A DNA stretch of 62,712 nt, filler included, from Stramenopiles sp. TOSAG23-3 (lineage: Eukaryota): the NCBI GenBank assembly GCA_900128585.1. It is 20 parts of 20 records of this genome, joined end to end, with 100 filler letters (N's around TTAATTAATTAA, not from the genome) between each part and the next. Parts side by side here need not be neighbours in the genome. Positions count along the whole stretch, not along the records: positions 56,558 to 59,585 come from LT644458.1; positions 59,686 to 62,712 come from LT644459.1; 18 more parts are not named here. One strand, given 5' to 3'. Shown here piece by piece: positions 59,501 to 62,712 of this stretch (positions are counted from its first letter, which is position 1; every line of letters begins with the position of its first letter). Below the pieces are notes generated by a model that searched no databases, was not told where the DNA came from, and saw only the letters and a program-made list of their open reading frames with translations. A program made the position numbers and the translations under genes.

Positions 59501-59585
59501 AAATCTACGGATTCAGGATGGTCATGGCACAATCCATCTGCTTCTTCTAATTTCATTGTTATCTCTTTCGCATCATTTCTCATCA
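56558..59585 (-). CDS. Divergent dynein heavy chain-like protein, internal fragment (linker, degenerate AAA1, AAA2)
   Basis: RLYFLDDFEALE (canonical RFYFLSNDELLE), YEYEFTG (YGYEYLG), GAFLLFEGVHKM (GAWGCFDEFNRI) and LLLGPSCSGKTS (AAA2 P-loop). Confidence 0.8.
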
Positions 59586-59685
59586 NNNNNNNNNNNNNNN
59601 NNNNNNNNNNNNNNNNNNNNNNNNNNNNNTTAATTAATTAANNNNNNNNNNNNNNNNNNNNNNNNNNNNNNNNNNNNNNNNNNNN

Positions 59686-61730
59686 ACGTTTCCGCGCTGA
59701 TGATGCAGGCATTGTTCCGTGGTTACCGCGGGCGCATTTATGCCACCTACGTGTTCACTTCCCGCTCAGATGCCGCGGTTCAAGTACAACGGTACTACCG
59801 ATACTATCGACGGAATTTGGCGTGGCGGTTAATGCTCAAACAAGGGATAATAAACCGGTTAGACTACAACCGAAAGCGAAAGGCCATGAATATTTCCCTT
59901 CAGAACACGAAAAAGCACATAGAGGCCGAACGCAGACGGATGAATGAGGCGGCCGTACTGATCGGTAGAGTGTGGAGACACTACTGGAAAAATGAGTCAT
60001 TTGCGCGTGAAGCTGCTGCTGCCGCAACGAGAGAGCAATTCTTGATAGAAAGAGAAGCCAAGCGCGACAAAGAGCGAGATATGCGCACACCAATATATAA
60101 GGTAAAGAGTAAATTGAACCCGTCGAAGTTTCCGCCTTTGCCCCCCCACCCGGACGACCACATGGACGAAGAGACGCGAAGGCGTATACTGGGGGCGAGG
60201 GATAGAGCAGGGGAGGTCAAAGAGCAGTTAGATGCGGTCATTCAGCGTAACGAACGATACCGCATTGAAACGAAAAAGTACAAAATGATGACCAAACAAA
60301 TCTCTTCTGATTTGCCGGAAGTAAAGTCTCGCGTGGAAAAGTTCGAGCATGCGCTGATGGAAGAAATAGAAAAAACGAGCAAGTTTTATATTGGATGCTA
60401 CAGTCCCATAGAAGTGAAAGTGTTTGAGATGGAAAACATGGTCCAGGAAGGGCGGAACATCGCGTATTCTATGTTGAGAGAGCTGGGCGTCTTCGACCGA
60501 ATTGACATCAGGCGGCTCTTACTAAAGCAATCCCCCAAAATTAGAGAGCTCCTTCCTTTTGTTCACATTAAGCCGAGGGAGTTCTACGCTGCCATTGACA
60601 GAACCCAGTACCTGCAGTTCCATGATAAAAATATTATATGCGCAGAGGGTGAGCTCGGAGACTTTTTCTACATAATTACGGACGGAACTGTTGTGGTCAC
60701 AGGGTTGGATGCGGACGACGAGGTGATTGAGTTGGCCAGACTTCAAAGAAACGCATCGTTTGGAGAGATGGCGTTAGTAAACCCTGATGGGCTGCGCACG
60801 GCGACTTGCATTGCCGAAGGGCCCGTCCGAACGCTCGCTTTGCACCGTGACCGTTTCTTGAAATTGTTGAGTAAACGATCGCGCCAAGTCATAGAGTTCG
60901 AGGTAGAGAAACTGAAAAAGAAATTTCGCCGGCAACAAAGCGAGAAAAAGAAGAAGAAGGAGAAAGACGTCGAGTACACTGCAGAAGAGGCTGCCCGATT
61001 AATGGCCGAACGAGCTGCAAGAATTGCCGATGCGACGAGGCAATGGGCGGCAAAGAACCAATGGAGAAACAGTGTTAGCCGGGAGCGGCTGATAGTATCA
61101 CGGAGGGTCGCCCAAAGTGCGCTGAAGTTTGTTACGGGTAAGATCAAACGAAAAATTAAGAGGTCAAAACTTAGTAGGGATATTGTCCGTGAGGCGCTGC
61201 TATTTGCTACCAATGCGATAACCCTAGGCGTCCGTGTCGGGCACTTTCAGATCCCCCAATTATCGAAGGAGCAACTGGACAAAGCAATGAGGGCGTTGGG
61301 TAAGCAGCGGGAGACGCCATATTTCAACTACGAAGAAGACATGTTAGATTACCCATCTGCAAGATCTCTCGGGAGCGCATTTGATGGATTGGACGAAGAA
61401 GACACTGCCATGTTCCAAACATTGGAATACGACTTGATGGATCTCGAGGGCGATGGCCTCCTGATCCTGCATGAGCTCGAGCAAGTTGAGTATGAAGCCG
61501 AAGGCAGTTACGGTGGAGAAGACGAAAACGACAGGATAGAACGTGAATTCCGTGAGCTGGAAAAACACTTTGGAAGTGAAGACAAAGCGGTGAGAAAACA
61601 GGAAAGGGTCGTGGAGAAGCTACTGGAACGAGAGGTGTTGAGCTTAGAAGATTACGACTGGGTGGGTTCTACGTATAGTCAAGGGGGGTCTAACTATACT
61701 CCTACAGACAGCCGAGGGGAGTCTAACTAA
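59686..61730 (+). CDS. IQ-motif plus cyclic-nucleotide-binding domain protein (5' partial)
   Basis: MQALFRGYRGR and VQRYYR IQ motifs; EGELGDFFYIITDG...SFGEMALV..DGLRTATC. Confidence 0.8.
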
Positions 61731-62251
61731 ACTCCTACAGACTATGTCCCAACCACCGGCCACTGGGACATGATGTTTGTATGAAAATATTACTAATGCT
61801 GTGTCATAGTAGATACGCTATAGCTAATATGGAATAATAAATGAAAAGTTCTTCGAATAATAATAAAACTTTTTTATTATATAGTATTAGTAAAATAATA
61901 ACATTGACACAGTATTAAAATACCACAAAAAAATTAATCCATTCAGCACCACCACATCAAGTGAGTGAGGAGGAGGAGAGAGAAGAAAAGAAAAAAAGAA
62001 GAAAAAAAAAGAGAAAAGAAAAGAAAAGAAGAAGAAGAAAAAAGAAAGAAGAGAGAAAGAAAAAAAGAAACATGTTTTTTCTTGTTGCGTGTTTGGAGGG
62101 GGGCTGGTGAAGATTGGTTTTGAAGATTGTATTTTCTACCTAACAATCACCACTGAGTATGAACTGCACGTAAACCTTGTACTGATCCACAATATCAAAT
62201 CAACACGGACATACACAAGAATACAAACGATTTTTTTGGCGAAACTGAATA

Positions 62252-62712
62252 ATGGGAATTTTGAGTTTGACTTTGTCGCTACTTTCCTTTAGCGCTGCGT
62301 CTCACGCGGCGTTTACCGATGCCGAAATATTTGAACGCCTGTCCCACTTCAAAGATGTTGGTATCCCCGGCACCGCATCTGATCCCGTGAATCAAGCGAT
62401 GATTGTAGATGGGACGTGCCGTTTGTTTATTGAACAGGATGGCTATGTTTTCTGGCACAATCGAGACGCCGTAACCGACGTAATTACGGCAATTACTGAC
62501 TTGCCGTCCACAACGCACCCGTCAAATTTAGTTTTAACTGCCCACGAGGTATTGCCAAGCGTTTGTAACAAGACCTTGAGAACAAAGCATGCCCAAAATT
62601 ACGGGTGCAGAAGTGGGGCGTACGACTTAAACGTCATGGCTAATTCAATGAACAACTGGCAACGTGCACTATGCGCGCCCGAAAGCGACCCAACGTGGAA
62701 CAAACTGTTCGA
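62252..62712 (+). CDS. Secreted protein, N-terminal fragment (absent from the ORF track)
   Basis: MGILSLTLSLLSFSAASHA signal peptide; frame stays open to the window end. Confidence 0.7.
   Translation, partial: MGILSLTLSLLSFSAASHAAFTDAEIFERLSHFKDVGIPGTASDPVNQAMIVDGTCRLFIEQDGYVFWHNRDAVTDVITAITDLPSTTHPSNLVLTAHEVLPSVCNKTLRTKHAQNYGCRSGAYDLNVMANSMNNWQRALCAPESDPTWNKLF

Overview
This window is not contiguous DNA. It holds 20 contigs of about 3.03-3.05 kb in descending length order, joined by 100-nt N/TTAATTAATTAA linkers, so neighbourhood across linkers is meaningless. Nineteen contigs look like a flagellated eukaryotic microbe, plausibly a heterotrophic stramenopile (inference). They carry apparently intron-poor genes separated by very AT-rich, GAA/AAAG-repeat intergenic DNA. 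Recognisable genes include a sedolisin/TPP1-like protease, GH10+CBM6 xylanase, MTR4, PKA regulatory subunit, dynein intermediate chain, serine decarboxylase, CC2D2A, REV3, cyclin Y-like, Mpv17 and a degenerate dynein heavy chain. One contig (44029-47063) is different: a tightly packed virion module of a Polinton-like virus or virophage. It encodes a penton (minor capsid protein), a basic core-like protein, a minimal adenain-type cysteine protease and a convergent fibre-like protein with nested discoidin domains, and has a TCTA motif resembling the CroV/mavirus late promoter. Other notable items are a 320-nt foldback with G-U bias on one strand, several small dispersed repeats, and three single-base frameshifts in homopolymers. 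All family calls come from motif recognition by eye; no searches were run.
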